A model generated the notes under the pieces. It was not told the origin of the DNA, did not search any database, and saw only the letters and a list, made by a program, of their open reading frames with translations. The translations under genes were made by a program, and so were the position numbers. A stretch of DNA of 57,933 bases, taken from the IMG/VR virus record IMGVR_UViG_3300028767_000024, positions 1-57,933 of that record. One strand, given 5' to 3'. Positions within the stretch are counted from its first letter, which is position 1, and each line of letters begins with the position of its first letter. This document shows positions 27,784 through 38,330 of the stretch, piece by piece. Origin of the DNA: a virus. Its lineage: Duplodnaviria > Caudoviricetes.

Positions 27784-29382
27784 TTATAATATTCCTAGTG
27801 GATCAACTTCTTTTGGCTTTGGTGCAGTATTTGGCGTAGGCTCAGCCTTCTTCCCATCCTTCAACTCAATCGCATTTTTATAATTGGTTTCCGAGATGGA
27901 ATTTTCTTTATGGAATTTAAGAAGTGCCTTTACGTCTTCCGGCTTAGTCCAATCAAAAACATGAGACACGGGATTGCTTGGGTTGGTTTTGTCGATTATT
28001 TCAATATTATTTGAACCTTTACCCATATCTCCCCATATCACGCTAGTTTTTCTGACCTCGTATTTTGCCGGGTCCAAGTCAGCGCTTAACGCGTCAATTG
28101 CTCTTTTATATCCGGGCTTAGATTCATATCCGGGATCGGTAGGCTTCATAGGATTACCTTTTTCGTCTACGCTCGGCATTTCTTTCTTCCTATTGTCTTT
28201 CGACAATAAGTTCGCAATATTGGCATTCTCGAGAGGCGCATCAATTTTCACGGGATCAATTAATGGCTGTTCTGTCTTGATGTTAGTAGGCTTCTTTACC
28301 TGATAGATAGGTGCCAACATCGAGTTATATGCTAATTTTGCTGCACGTACTTCTTCCTCGGATGAATTCGCATCCAATACGGGTATTCTTTTTTGATCTC
28401 CATTGGGCATAAAAATAGTTACAGAACCTTTCATCCTTCCGGTAGTAGGATCTTTTACCCAAGCCGGATTTGATCTTGAAGAACCGCCTATTTTATTCAC
28501 GTAATTATCAAGTGAGCCCGAATCTCCATAAAGAGTAGCCTGCATGACCTTATTGGCATCAATATAATCATTTGGATCAGTTTGTTTTCCACCCGATCTC
28601 GGTTGATTTGCCCTGATGTATTTTTCCTTAGTAATATCCCTAAGCCTGATATCAACCAATTTCTGTGCGTCTGCTATTTTATCGGGAGTATTTAGCCTCT
28701 TATTGGCTAGGATTATTTTTGCAGCATCAGCGGCTTCTTTACCGAATGTTTCAATAATCTGTTCCTTTTCTCCCGGTTTTGCATAAGCCATTTTTTCGTT
28801 GAATCGTTTACTGATATCATCAAGCATTTTGCCATCGTCAGCCATTACGATCTGTGCTCCCGTCCAATCACGAAGTTTCATTAATCCTAATGTACTCTTG
28901 CCGATATTTCCATCCTGTGCCCATTTTGCCATATTAGCAGCCGTAGTCTCAACATCCATATAGTCATTAGCCTTTGGGTCTTGCAATTTCTTCCATAATT
29001 CGGCATAGGCTAATACATTTGCCTTTTTATTGGCAATATCTGTTTCCATTTCCCGCTGATCCCTTTTCATTTCAAGTATTACGGTAGTCGGAAATTTACC
29101 ATCGTACTGCTTGTATTTTTCAGCATATTTATCGGTCATATCCTGAACTGCCTGAACGTGATCTTCCTGAATTTTATCCGACAAGCCCTGTACGGTTTCA
29201 AAATCCATAGCCTTTAGCATCATAGCCTCATTCTCACTGATCGTAGCCTTTTCTGCTGCTATTTCCTGCTTCCTGCTCTTAATCATGTTCTGTGTAATCG
29301 CCATGATCGGGGTAGCTAAGTCCATTGCAAACGGAGTTGCCGTTGGCGGAAGACCTGAGCCGGTATCCATGAAGTTTGCCAT
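27784..29382 (-). CDS. putative internal virion/ejection protein
   Basis: 532 aa, helical, ends EVDPLGIL; position between pilot-like and giant protein. Confidence 0.55.
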   Translation of the reverse strand: MANFMDTGSGLPPTATPFAMDLATPIMAITQNMIKSRKQEIAAEKATISENEAMMLKAMDFETVQGLSDKIQEDHVQAVQDMTDKYAEKYKQYDGKFPTTVILEMKRDQREMETDIANKKANVLAYAELWKKLQDPKANDYMDVETTAANMAKWAQDGNIGKSTLGLMKLRDWTGAQIVMADDGKMLDDISKRFNEKMAYAKPGEKEQIIETFGKEAADAAKIILANKRLNTPDKIADAQKLVDIRLRDITKEKYIRANQPRSGGKQTDPNDYIDANKVMQATLYGDSGSLDNYVNKIGGSSRSNPAWVKDPTTGRMKGSVTIFMPNGDQKRIPVLDANSSEEEVRAAKLAYNSMLAPIYQVKKPTNIKTEQPLIDPVKIDAPLENANIANLLSKDNRKKEMPSVDEKGNPMKPTDPGYESKPGYKRAIDALSADLDPAKYEVRKTSVIWGDMGKGSNNIEIIDKTNPSNPVSHVFDWTKPEDVKALLKFHKENSISETNYKNAIELKDGKKAEPTPNTAPKPKEVDPLGIL

Positions 29383-29384
29383 CG

Positions 29385-30149
29385 TTAGTGGTTTGGGGGA
29401 TTATATTTTACCTGATTTCCCGCATTGATAGCCCATTCGGGAGTTTGCTCAAATTGATTCACATAACTGTTCGGGTTGTATTGAGCGCCATTTGCTGCGT
29501 TATTCATCCATGAAGGGGACTGCCCTGCAAACATATCCTTTACGTTTGCCTGTGCCCCATCTAATCCATGCTGTAATTTCCAAAGTTCCTTTTCTTTATT
29601 CAGCGCATCCTTTTCCCACTTAGCCGTTCCGATTGCCATACCTGCTCCGATAGCTGATCCTATATTCTGATTTCCTGCCTGTCCGGTCATAGATGAAGTT
29701 TGTAATGCCTGAATGTATGGAAGGTATTCGTTCTGTCTCCATCTTTCAGTTTCGTACTGCCCGAAAGTATTTAATGCCTGCTGTTGCTGTGCCTGATTCT
29801 GTTGATAAAATTCCGAACCCTTGGCAGCAATATCTTTGTAAAAATTATCCAAGTTATTCTGTACTCCTGGAAGTACGCCCATTACATCAGAAGACGACCC
29901 TGCCGTTCGCTGTGCATTTTCAATCGTTTGAGACGCATTACTTCTTGCCTTGGACTGATAAATATCTGCGCCAGGGATGTTGGTCTGGGAAGCTAATTGA
30001 TTAGCCTTATCGAGCATCATATTTACGGACGAAGGAATCTGGTATGGAGTGAAATTCTTTTTAGCATTTGATGCCTGAATTCCTGATACCACCTTTTGTC
30101 CTATCCCAAATACTCCTTGCGCTAAGGCAAGTAATGTCATTGTATCCAT
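29385..30149 (-). CDS. putative DNA-ejection/pilot protein
   Basis: A/G/Q-rich with hydrophobic Gly-rich ends, directly after the stabilisation protein. Confidence 0.55.
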   Translation of the reverse strand: MDTMTLLALAQGVFGIGQKVVSGIQASNAKKNFTPYQIPSSVNMMLDKANQLASQTNIPGADIYQSKARSNASQTIENAQRTAGSSSDVMGVLPGVQNNLDNFYKDIAAKGSEFYQQNQAQQQQALNTFGQYETERWRQNEYLPYIQALQTSSMTGQAGNQNIGSAIGAGMAIGTAKWEKDALNKEKELWKLQHGLDGAQANVKDMFAGQSPSWMNNAANGAQYNPNSYVNQFEQTPEWAINAGNQVKYNPPNH

Positions 30150-30155
30150 TGCGCG

Positions 30156-33100
30156 CTATTTTGATGTTAAAAACTTAATCTCTACCTCTTTCAATGTATA
30201 ATCACCTATACTGTCATCCGAGGTAATGGTAACTGTCATTGTTTCTCCGGTCATTTCCTGTCCGTTATACAACCTGTTTAATTCGGTCACCCCATTACGT
30301 CCTAAAATGTTTCTCAGTATCGGGGAATACAGCCTGTTTTCTTTTGTCCTAATAATTGCAGGTCTTAAAATAGATTTCTGCACAGGATAATTAGTTCCTG
30401 CTGCAATATCGAACTGAACATCCCAAACGTTATCAGGACTGCTCATCTCGATATTCGAAAACTTATTGGCATCTCCGGCACCCGCATTAACCACAAATGA
30501 TATGCTTGGCGTCTTGGTATCCCCATAAAATTCATTCGGATTGCCAATATTGTGCTTCCACAACTTGCCTTGATAAAACGAAAATAATTTGTCTCCATAC
30601 CAAGCAAAATTATCAGAACAGTTAACGTGGGGCTTGATTTCTGCCCTGAAAATGAATCCTTTCAATTCTTCCTTTTCGAAGAACGCATAGGTTTCGCTTT
30701 CGTTTCCGTTGATAAATGTAATTAAAACTTCTTCATATTTAGAATCAACTGCAACAATTACATCAGTATAATTTGTAGAATTCCTTAATTCGTCAGCTTT
30801 TGCCTTGAATTTAGTATTCAACTTGTAATATTCTGATAGTGACATTTGCCCGTTTGGAGAACTTCTAATAAAATCTCCGGTAGTCTGGTCAAAGTAATAC
30901 AGGTTCCGGTCGTTGGATGCAGTCGACCTCGGGTATGATGTGCCATGTAATGATTCAGCTTTATTGATCGTTCCAAACACCTGATCAGAGATAACAGTAA
31001 GGTTTGATCCGTCAGCCTGTTTTATGGCAGTTTTGCCCACGTAAACCGACGTTTCCTTATGTTCCTGTATAACCTTTAATACTTCGCCAACCTCTCGCAT
31101 TCCGGTTATTTTGCCGTAAGATTGGCTTAGGGTTAAAAATGGGGTCTGGGCAAGAAATACGTTCAGTAAGTTGTATTCTGAATCTTCGATGTAATTTTCA
31201 GAACGGACTACACGATGTAATTCTTTCTGCTTGACTTCGCCGGCAATCTTTATGACTGCACGACCCTGATTCATACAATTCGAAACATAGAAATCCGAGT
31301 AGGATGAGTCCTCTACGACGATAGATCCGTCTGTGGTTTTTCGATTCCTCATATACACGTCTCCGAAAGTAAAATAACCTGACGCGGGAGTGGTTAAGTC
31401 ATCGGATTGAATAATATTGTTTGAGGAATGTCTCCTTATGGCGGTTCCTGCATCAAGTATTGGGAAACTATCTCCGGTTTCATATAGGATATTACCTTCA
31501 AATTCAAAGTTTGGCCGATATATTTCTATGCCAGAAACATTGTCTATAATGCCATCCACCAGAAATCCGCTCTCCTTTAATTTGGGATTAGCAGGATCGG
31601 GATCAGGGCCGAGGTTATCGTATTCTCTTACGAGTGGCCCTGTAATTTCATAACTTAAATCGCTGATTGTACTTCCGATTCTGCCAGACTGATAAAACAT
31701 CTTTGCTCTGTCTCCCTTAATCCATACATAGTCAGAAATAATAGTCTTGTTGTTATCGTCCTTGTATTTTTTAATTGCCTGATTTATCTTTAAGAACGTA
31801 TGTCCTGCCGGTACTCCTCCTGTACCTCCTGATACAAACTCAACTCCCACTATATCTAAAAAGTAGGTATAACTCATATTTTTCTGATATACGAATCGAT
31901 AGGATGCTGCTTCTATTGGCGGACGATTGAATATTGACCATGATATTTTTGACACCTGGTCGTAATTGTCTGTAAGTACAGGATAGGGAACAAATATAGT
32001 AGTGTCATTATTGACAATATTGTATCTTCCGAACTCGTCATTATATACAATTCCAAACTTATGATACTGCCCGCGCTTAAATGAAATGGCAGATGCTATG
32101 GAACTAAGTTCTATTTCTGCCGTAAATCCTGTTACGTCGGACACCCCGGGACTTCTAATTACGGTGATATTTATTCCATCTGTTCCATATTCGGATACCT
32201 GACCGTGCGCCAGCCTGTCGTTGCCAAACAGGGAACCATAGATGGCATCCCTTATAGCCTCAATGCCGGGGTCGGCACCCAATACCGGGTATGTCGCATC
32301 AATGTAAGTTCCATCTCCAAACTTAACCCTTATCCGGTAGGTTGAATTAAGCGTTGCCGGGGAAGGAAATGTCACCCTGTGGTCTGCGCGAGTTCTGGTC
32401 GATGTGATGACGGTTGATGGCAAGGAAATGTATGACTGACCAAAATCAAGGTTCTCAAATGAATGTGTTAATTCCAGTCTCCCGGTAACAGAATCATACC
32501 CTTTTGTAGGCATGGACATGGCAGAATATTTGCCATCCAAAAGCAATATGTCGCCTGCACACAAGGGAACATCATCACAATACCGGGTTCCTATTTCCGT
32601 ATTGATGTTGCGTATGTACTCGTTATTTAAAAATGTTACCTCGTAGGCCGAATTTTCTTCTATAATTCTTGTCTTATCGCTGTCCAGAAGATCAATTATT
32701 TTGAAAATATTGAATTCTCCCGTATTCTGTTCTGACGCAATCCTGGCCGCTATGTTGATTTTTTTAACTAGATGGTTTCCAGTTAATAACGAAACCTTTA
32801 TGGCATTATTTGTTGAAAAATCAGCAACCCATTCGCCGGTAGATGTTAAGTCTCCTTCCGGTAGCGGAACTTTGCTGATCTCTGAATAGGCTGATTCCTG
32901 ATTGTCCTCGTAAACAAAATTATACTTGAATTGGAATAGTTTTCCCCGAAGGTTATTGAAGTTCACGGTTAGTCCGGCCTCTTCGGTGACGCTCGTATAA
33001 GCCACCTCCGGCGCGAATTGAGGTGGTCTTTTAATTAACGGGAAGATAATGTCTTTGGCAGGCATGTCATCTGCCGTATAAGAATCTCCATCAAGCGAAT

Positions 33101-33563
33101 TAGTAAAATTTACAGCCTTCTCAATATTGAATGACTTTGGCTGTTGCGAGCCATTTATCCAATACAATCTCCCGTCAGCCACAGATGCCTTTATAATTGC
33201 ATCCTCAAATTCTAATTCAGGATTGAATCCTCCAAGGGGATACCACACTTTCTGAACTGTATCGGTATTTACAAAGTATCTGTAAATAGAATGATCCCCC
33301 AAGCTATTTAATACGAACCAAATCAGTGATTCAGTCTTATAGTCAGCAGTCCACCCAATACACTTGTTTACTCCGGCAGGCAAAGTCATGTCTGCAAGAA
33401 CATTTCCTTTTAGCTTCTTATTGAACAGAGAATTTCCGTCAAGCTCATTAGGGCGCAAGTTTAGTCTATCTCGCACCCAACCTCTCGACGTATCTATGTA
33501 TTTGTCGCCTGAATCTGTATCTATGGCGTGACTGAGGGGCGCTACTTGGGCTTTGAGTGACAT
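30156..33563 (-). CDS. tail stabilisation/nozzle (muzzle-like) protein
   Basis: 1135 aa; NKCIG..LYWING..QPKSFNI; FQFKYNFVYEDNQESAYS; FKRGQYHKFGIVYNDEFGR; YGKITGM; as in crAss-related stabilisation proteins. Confidence 0.75.
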   Translation of the reverse strand: MSLKAQVAPLSHAIDTDSGDKYIDTSRGWVRDRLNLRPNELDGNSLFNKKLKGNVLADMTLPAGVNKCIGWTADYKTESLIWFVLNSLGDHSIYRYFVNTDTVQKVWYPLGGFNPELEFEDAIIKASVADGRLYWINGSQQPKSFNIEKAVNFTNSLDGDSYTADDMPAKDIIFPLIKRPPQFAPEVAYTSVTEEAGLTVNFNNLRGKLFQFKYNFVYEDNQESAYSEISKVPLPEGDLTSTGEWVADFSTNNAIKVSLLTGNHLVKKINIAARIASEQNTGEFNIFKIIDLLDSDKTRIIEENSAYEVTFLNNEYIRNINTEIGTRYCDDVPLCAGDILLLDGKYSAMSMPTKGYDSVTGRLELTHSFENLDFGQSYISLPSTVITSTRTRADHRVTFPSPATLNSTYRIRVKFGDGTYIDATYPVLGADPGIEAIRDAIYGSLFGNDRLAHGQVSEYGTDGINITVIRSPGVSDVTGFTAEIELSSIASAISFKRGQYHKFGIVYNDEFGRYNIVNNDTTIFVPYPVLTDNYDQVSKISWSIFNRPPIEAASYRFVYQKNMSYTYFLDIVGVEFVSGGTGGVPAGHTFLKINQAIKKYKDDNNKTIISDYVWIKGDRAKMFYQSGRIGSTISDLSYEITGPLVREYDNLGPDPDPANPKLKESGFLVDGIIDNVSGIEIYRPNFEFEGNILYETGDSFPILDAGTAIRRHSSNNIIQSDDLTTPASGYFTFGDVYMRNRKTTDGSIVVEDSSYSDFYVSNCMNQGRAVIKIAGEVKQKELHRVVRSENYIEDSEYNLLNVFLAQTPFLTLSQSYGKITGMREVGEVLKVIQEHKETSVYVGKTAIKQADGSNLTVISDQVFGTINKAESLHGTSYPRSTASNDRNLYYFDQTTGDFIRSSPNGQMSLSEYYKLNTKFKAKADELRNSTNYTDVIVAVDSKYEEVLITFINGNESETYAFFEKEELKGFIFRAEIKPHVNCSDNFAWYGDKLFSFYQGKLWKHNIGNPNEFYGDTKTPSISFVVNAGAGDANKFSNIEMSSPDNVWDVQFDIAAGTNYPVQKSILRPAIIRTKENRLYSPILRNILGRNGVTELNRLYNGQEMTGETMTVTITSDDSIGDYTLKEVEIKFLTSK

Positions 33564-33588
33564 ATTATTAGGGTGTCAACAGTGAATA

Positions 33589-33891
33589 TTAATCTTCAAT
33601 GATCTTGTAAAATCCTGATTTCCAATACTTTCCTTTAATGGACTTGTCGTGTTCTTCGAGGGATGCAATTTTGGCGGTTGCCTGCCCGTAAGATAATCCT
33701 GTTGCAACAACTTTGCCGTCTTTAATCTGAACCGCATAAGCCTTACCGAAATGTTTTGTATCAACTTTGGGTGTAGGTTCAACTGTAATAGGTTTAACCA
33801 CCGCATCTTCGGCGATAGGATTAGGTGCAGATTTTGGTGTAATTAAAACTTTTGTCCCAACTTCGTTTTGAGTCACTTTTTTCTTTGCCAT
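33589..33891 (-). CDS. hypothetical small basic protein
   Basis: 100-aa ORF filling the gap in the structural operon. Confidence 0.6.
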   Translation of the reverse strand: MAKKKVTQNEVGTKVLITPKSAPNPIAEDAVVKPITVEPTPKVDTKHFGKAYAVQIKDGKVVATGLSYGQATAKIASLEEHDKSIKGKYWKSGFYKIIED

Positions 33892-33902
33892 AATAATTAT
33901 AT

Positions 33903-34619
33903 TTAAGTCCGCCCGAAAAGAGCGTCCCTGATTTCGTACATGTTTCCGGGTTCGTAAAGCAGCGCCATATAATCCTCCCGGAACTTATCAACTTGGGCTT
34001 GATCATCCCTGAGCACCATATTGGTAACTCTGACAGGAATACTCTTAGCCATGAATTTATGAGCAACAGAAGCAACGATAAAATCTCTTGCCTCGGCAGG
34101 GATAAATATGTCACCGCCTAAGTTCAGTCCGGTTGTTCGGAACCTGATTACCACCTTGCTTCGAATGACTGAAGTTGTGTCTTCAATTCCGTTATTTGTC
34201 TGCCTGAAATTACGAACAAAGAACCTCGAATGCTCCCGATCTTCCTTCCAATAGCCTCCGCCTGTTAAGACTTGATCGGGATTAATTGGGAAGATACTTT
34301 TACTGTCGTAAATTCCATCGCTCATGTCTTCCGGCCTTACCTGCATGTCAGGTAACTTTTCAAACGGATCAAATACCCCATTTCTGTAAATTCCTACTGT
34401 GATTAATTTAACTGATTCGTCAGGAATTTGCCCGGTATTATTGTCGTCGATCTCAGCTTTGCGCTCGTAATAAACGTCAGATAGATGTACGTTAATCCTG
34501 CGATATTCATCCAATGCCCACTGACGAGCTTTTAGCTGGTATCTCTTATTTGCCTCATCTCCGATTTCAAGTAGGATTGAAGCTACCACAGTGTCGAGCA
34601 ATACAAAGTTATCGGGCAT
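33903..34619 (-). CDS. putative tail ring/adaptor protein
   Basis: 238 aa; position and size match crAss-like ring proteins. Confidence 0.55.
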   Translation of the reverse strand: MPDNFVLLDTVVASILLEIGDEANKRYQLKARQWALDEYRRINVHLSDVYYERKAEIDDNNTGQIPDESVKLITVGIYRNGVFDPFEKLPDMQVRPEDMSDGIYDSKSIFPINPDQVLTGGGYWKEDREHSRFFVRNFRQTNNGIEDTTSVIRSKVVIRFRTTGLNLGGDIFIPAEARDFIVASVAHKFMAKSIPVRVTNMVLRDDQAQVDKFREDYMALLYEPGNMYEIRDALFGRT

Positions 34620-34625
34620 AATTTA

Positions 34626-35234
34626 TTATTTAACGTCGTCATTAACACTGTCTGTCGGGCGAATACCTACAAGTTGCAGAACAGTCTTAATCGCTTCTGC
34701 TTCACCCATAGGAAATTCAATATTGTCTGTCATTGCCAAATCTTCAAAGTGCGGAATCATTTTAACTACCACGCTTGAAATCAACTTCATTTTAGCTGAG
34801 GTGTAAACCAAAAATATCATCGGTCCACTCAGGTAATACATCCCGTCTCCGGTTCTGAATACTTCGAGTAAACGGTAAGTGTCCATTGCATCTTCGGTCG
34901 TTCTATCGAGGGATATATACCCGCCAAGAGGACGAACCGATCTTACTCCCATTCCATCGGGTAATTCAAATGGAAGTGCGGTTAGCGTTACGTGTCTTAA
35001 TGCCGGTATAGCTGAATCCTGGGCAACGGGTAATGTGTATTTCTTGCTGTAAAAATCAAAGTCGGTTGTCATCAGATTCCGGGGATCAGTAAAATACTGT
35101 TTCAGCATGGACGAATAAGCCAAACTGATTTGATATTCAATGTCTTTAGGATGAGATTGTTTGAGGGAGTCCTGCGTCTGACCCTGCTTGTTGATCTCAA
35201 ACTGTACTGCTTCTATGAGTGCGCCCTTGATCAT
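34626..35234 (-). CDS. putative tail ring/adaptor protein
   Basis: 202 aa; synteny. Confidence 0.5.
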   Translation of the reverse strand: MIKGALIEAVQFEINKQGQTQDSLKQSHPKDIEYQISLAYSSMLKQYFTDPRNLMTTDFDFYSKKYTLPVAQDSAIPALRHVTLTALPFELPDGMGVRSVRPLGGYISLDRTTEDAMDTYRLLEVFRTGDGMYYLSGPMIFLVYTSAKMKLISSVVVKMIPHFEDLAMTDNIEFPMGEAEAIKTVLQLVGIRPTDSVNDDVK

Positions 35235-35896
35235 TTACCGGTTACGATTAGTTTATTAGCTAGTTGAGTAACTTCCTGTCTTTCGATCGTCACTCCCATA
35301 TCCTGCAAAATCAGATGTAAAATATCCAACTTACAGCCATCATTCCATTCAAGCTCGGTAGATGCAGTTTCATCATACTCCAATTCTAAAGTGCCTTCAT
35401 TGGTTGTCAAAACGAATACCGGATCTGTTGGTAACCGGTATCCTAAAACGTGGATATTCCCGGACGCAACATTCAGTATTTTCAAACCACCGGCAACTAC
35501 ATAAACTACAAGGTCGGTAGCTGTCGGGGGTTTAATATAGCTTTTCAATCTGCCAGATACTTCCTGTAATGAAATAAGTTCGCTGGAACCGTGGGCGTTA
35601 GTCGGAGAATAAAAGTTCTCGACGTAATACAGACCCGGAATATCTACCATCCCAATATTTGATACGGCGTAAAAATCATCGATCAAAAATGGAGACAGGT
35701 CGTGTTGTGACATCCTCGTTACACCAACGCCTATTTGCTGTGTATTTAAAGACTTATCACTTGGCAATTTTGAGGTAAACAGAAGAATGTTCTTCGCTTT
35801 TAACTGAAGCTCAAACTCTTCCCCTGAAATTGCATTTGCGTAAATATCCTTATTTACAATCAGGTTCAATAACCGGTATAGATTAAAATTTGTCAT
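35231..35896 (-). CDS. putative tail ring/head-tail connector protein
   Basis: LYRLLNLIVNKD..ISGEEF..YRLPTDPVF..STELEW resembles crAss-like ring protein 1. Confidence 0.6.
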   Translation of the reverse strand: MTNFNLYRLLNLIVNKDIYANAISGEEFELQLKAKNILLFTSKLPSDKSLNTQQIGVGVTRMSQHDLSPFLIDDFYAVSNIGMVDIPGLYYVENFYSPTNAHGSSELISLQEVSGRLKSYIKPPTATDLVVYVVAGGLKILNVASGNIHVLGYRLPTDPVFVLTTNEGTLELEYDETASTELEWNDGCKLDILHLILQDMGVTIERQEVTQLANKLIVTGK

Positions 35897-35899
35897 AGT

Positions 35900-36805
35900 T
35901 TATTGTGCTGTTTCGAGCAGTTTTAACTTTGCCTGCAATATCGAATACTTAATTTCATTTTTCAGTATTTTCTTTGGCAGTTCGATCCCGTAATTCTCGG
36001 CTTCCTGCATGATGTTTTTTAAAGTCCATCCTTCAGGCAACGGAAGTATCGGGTATTCCACATCGTCAATGATGATCGAGCCGTCTTTAGCAACAGGTTC
36101 GGGTTTAATAACCTTATCCAACGCCTTTTTAAGCGAGTTCATAGCCTCCGCATTGCCATTCTTTGCCTGCAATATAGCCAAGTCCCAAATACGCATTGAG
36201 TTTGCCCTTATTGGAGCAGCTTCGTCGTAGCTGAATTTACCGTCAAGGAAATAAACGAATACCTGTGCGAGTTCATCTTCCGAGATATTTCTCAGGGCAA
36301 TAGCTACATCAGCTTGCAATGCCATTGTATCCCATTTTGCCTGAATCTCAACATCCTCGTCAACGAGCTTTAAAATACCCTTGTCAAAGAAGTTTGATGC
36401 CTTGAAGAAGAACCATGCTTTATCCGTGTTTTTTTCGTCAATAGAATAAATGTCGTAGATTTTCTCATGCGACTCATTCCAGCGTAATCTTCCGTTTGTC
36501 TTTTCAGGAGGTGATGCTGAATATCGAATATCGATTGCACCCGCACCCTGTATCCCGTCGAATCCACTGTCGTAATAACTTGCCCGAAGCGGGATTGCCA
36601 TTGGAGGACATGGTTTCCATGAGGTTTTACTCTCATTCCACTGCCTTGACCATTCCCGTTTAAACAACAGTACCGGCGGCGTGGTGCCTTTTCTGAATTT
36701 ATCAAAGAGTTTTTTTAGCTCCTGCAAGTCAGAGTAATATTTTCTTTCCATCGAAGTTCCGTTTTGTTTGGGAACCAACTGAACACCATCAATGTAAATA
36801 GCCAT
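35900..36805 (-). CDS. putative capsid-associated/cargo protein
   Basis: 301 aa directly downstream of the major capsid gene. Confidence 0.45.
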   Translation of the reverse strand: MAIYIDGVQLVPKQNGTSMERKYYSDLQELKKLFDKFRKGTTPPVLLFKREWSRQWNESKTSWKPCPPMAIPLRASYYDSGFDGIQGAGAIDIRYSASPPEKTNGRLRWNESHEKIYDIYSIDEKNTDKAWFFFKASNFFDKGILKLVDEDVEIQAKWDTMALQADVAIALRNISEDELAQVFVYFLDGKFSYDEAAPIRANSMRIWDLAILQAKNGNAEAMNSLKKALDKVIKPEPVAKDGSIIIDDVEYPILPLPEGWTLKNIMQEAENYGIELPKKILKNEIKYSILQAKLKLLETAQ

Positions 36806-36827
36806 AATTTATTTTTTAAAGGTAGTT

Positions 36828-36855
36828 AAAAGCCGGTGAGTCGTAACCCACCGGC
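36828..36855 (-). terminator. intrinsic terminator after major capsid gene
   Basis: GCCGGTGGGT-TACG-ACTCACCGGC-TTTT on - strand. Confidence 0.75.
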
Positions 36856-36877
36856 AGAAGTTAGATCAATATTAAGA

Positions 36878-38305
36878 TCAAACGTCAGTTCTCAGAACGA
36901 GAATGGTTTGATTCATATTAACAAAGATATTCATAGCTTCGGTAAGGGTGTACTCCGAAGAGTTATCCCAATCAGAAGAGAATGGAATTCCCCATCCGTT
37001 TACGCCTGCCTTATCACCCGTAATTAACCGGCGATTTTCTCCGCCATAATTCAGGAAGCCAAGGGTAAAGTTAGAAAGAGAAGCAGTCTTGGATGCAAGC
37101 ATAGAGCCATTAGGAAGACCCTGATTGATGGTTGCAGTAACTTTAGCGTCAGGGAAGATCATTCCAAGAGACTCGAAGTTATAACCGGCAGCACCGTACA
37201 GTTTTGGATTGCTGAACTCAGGAATGCGAACAATACGGGTAGTGAACCCATTTTTCGTGATCTGAGATACGCCGAATCCAATACCCTGCATTTTAGTGTA
37301 CAGGTCGGTTCCGCCTGAATATTCTTTAACCATATTCAAGGTAGCATTTTCAACGCCAAGTCCTAATTCGTTTCCAATAAGGAACATGCCTGATTGCCCT
37401 GCTACACCCTGAGATGCAAGCAAGAATGGGATGATGTCAAAATTATCCTCGGTAAACGAACCGGTATAATATTGTTTCATCGATTCAGCAATCATGGTAG
37501 GCAGTAATCCGTTATTACTCAGAACAACATTTGCTTCACCCTGCTCGTTAGCCTGGGTCCATCCGCCTGAGTGGGTAATCTTATAACCCATAAGTGCGGC
37601 ATCACTCAACTGATAACGTAAACGAAGCTGTGCATCGAGACGAGAACGTGCCTTTAAATTACCCAGAGAAGCGATTGCATCAAGTTCTTTCAATGCGCCC
37701 TGTCCACCCTCGTAGTTTATGGTTTCCTTCATAATACGGGTATTGTATTTCTGAGAGTAGAATTGGTCAATCAAACCGGCAGGCTGTTGAGTTCCGGCTG
37801 CAAACATAGAACCTCCGACTACCAACTCCTGAGTTACAGGAATGGCTACTGCCAACTGCTGTCCGGCAAGAAGCGGAACCAAGGTGTGAACCCAATGGTC
37901 GGTATCATAAGTTTTAACAGTACAACGATACGACTGCGGAATTTCTGCCGAGGTCATATATTTTGCAGGAATATGCACAACAAATCCTACACGGAGGATA
38001 TTTTTTGTTGACAAAAGAGTCAAAGACGCATTAGCCCCGGCGGCTTCAATCTGCGTTTTCACATCAATAGTGTCAAGAAAATAACCCTTGGTCAAAACGG
38101 TCATTTCACGGGTAGAGATATCGATGGTTCTTCCGGCAGCCATTTGTGCATCCCAGAATGTTAAACCTCCGTAGGGTTGGATTACTTCTCCATAATACTG
38201 AGGAGCAAGAGAAGTATCATTAATGGCGAAATCCTCACGCCAAGCTTCGGTGTATGCGCCCTGCCCTACGTGTGATACGACTGCGGGGCCTTTTGGTGTA
38301 CTCAT
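36878..38305 (-). CDS. major capsid protein
   Basis: 475 aa after scaffold and portal, followed by a terminator; VVGGSMFAAGT, NTRIMKET, ALMG, NGLLP patterns of crAss-related MCPs. Confidence 0.75.
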   Translation of the reverse strand: MSTPKGPAVVSHVGQGAYTEAWREDFAINDTSLAPQYYGEVIQPYGGLTFWDAQMAAGRTIDISTREMTVLTKGYFLDTIDVKTQIEAAGANASLTLLSTKNILRVGFVVHIPAKYMTSAEIPQSYRCTVKTYDTDHWVHTLVPLLAGQQLAVAIPVTQELVVGGSMFAAGTQQPAGLIDQFYSQKYNTRIMKETINYEGGQGALKELDAIASLGNLKARSRLDAQLRLRYQLSDAALMGYKITHSGGWTQANEQGEANVVLSNNGLLPTMIAESMKQYYTGSFTEDNFDIIPFLLASQGVAGQSGMFLIGNELGLGVENATLNMVKEYSGGTDLYTKMQGIGFGVSQITKNGFTTRIVRIPEFSNPKLYGAAGYNFESLGMIFPDAKVTATINQGLPNGSMLASKTASLSNFTLGFLNYGGENRRLITGDKAGVNGWGIPFSSDWDNSSEYTLTEAMNIFVNMNQTILVLRTDV

Positions 38306-38330
38306 AGTAAAATAAGTTTTAAATTAATAA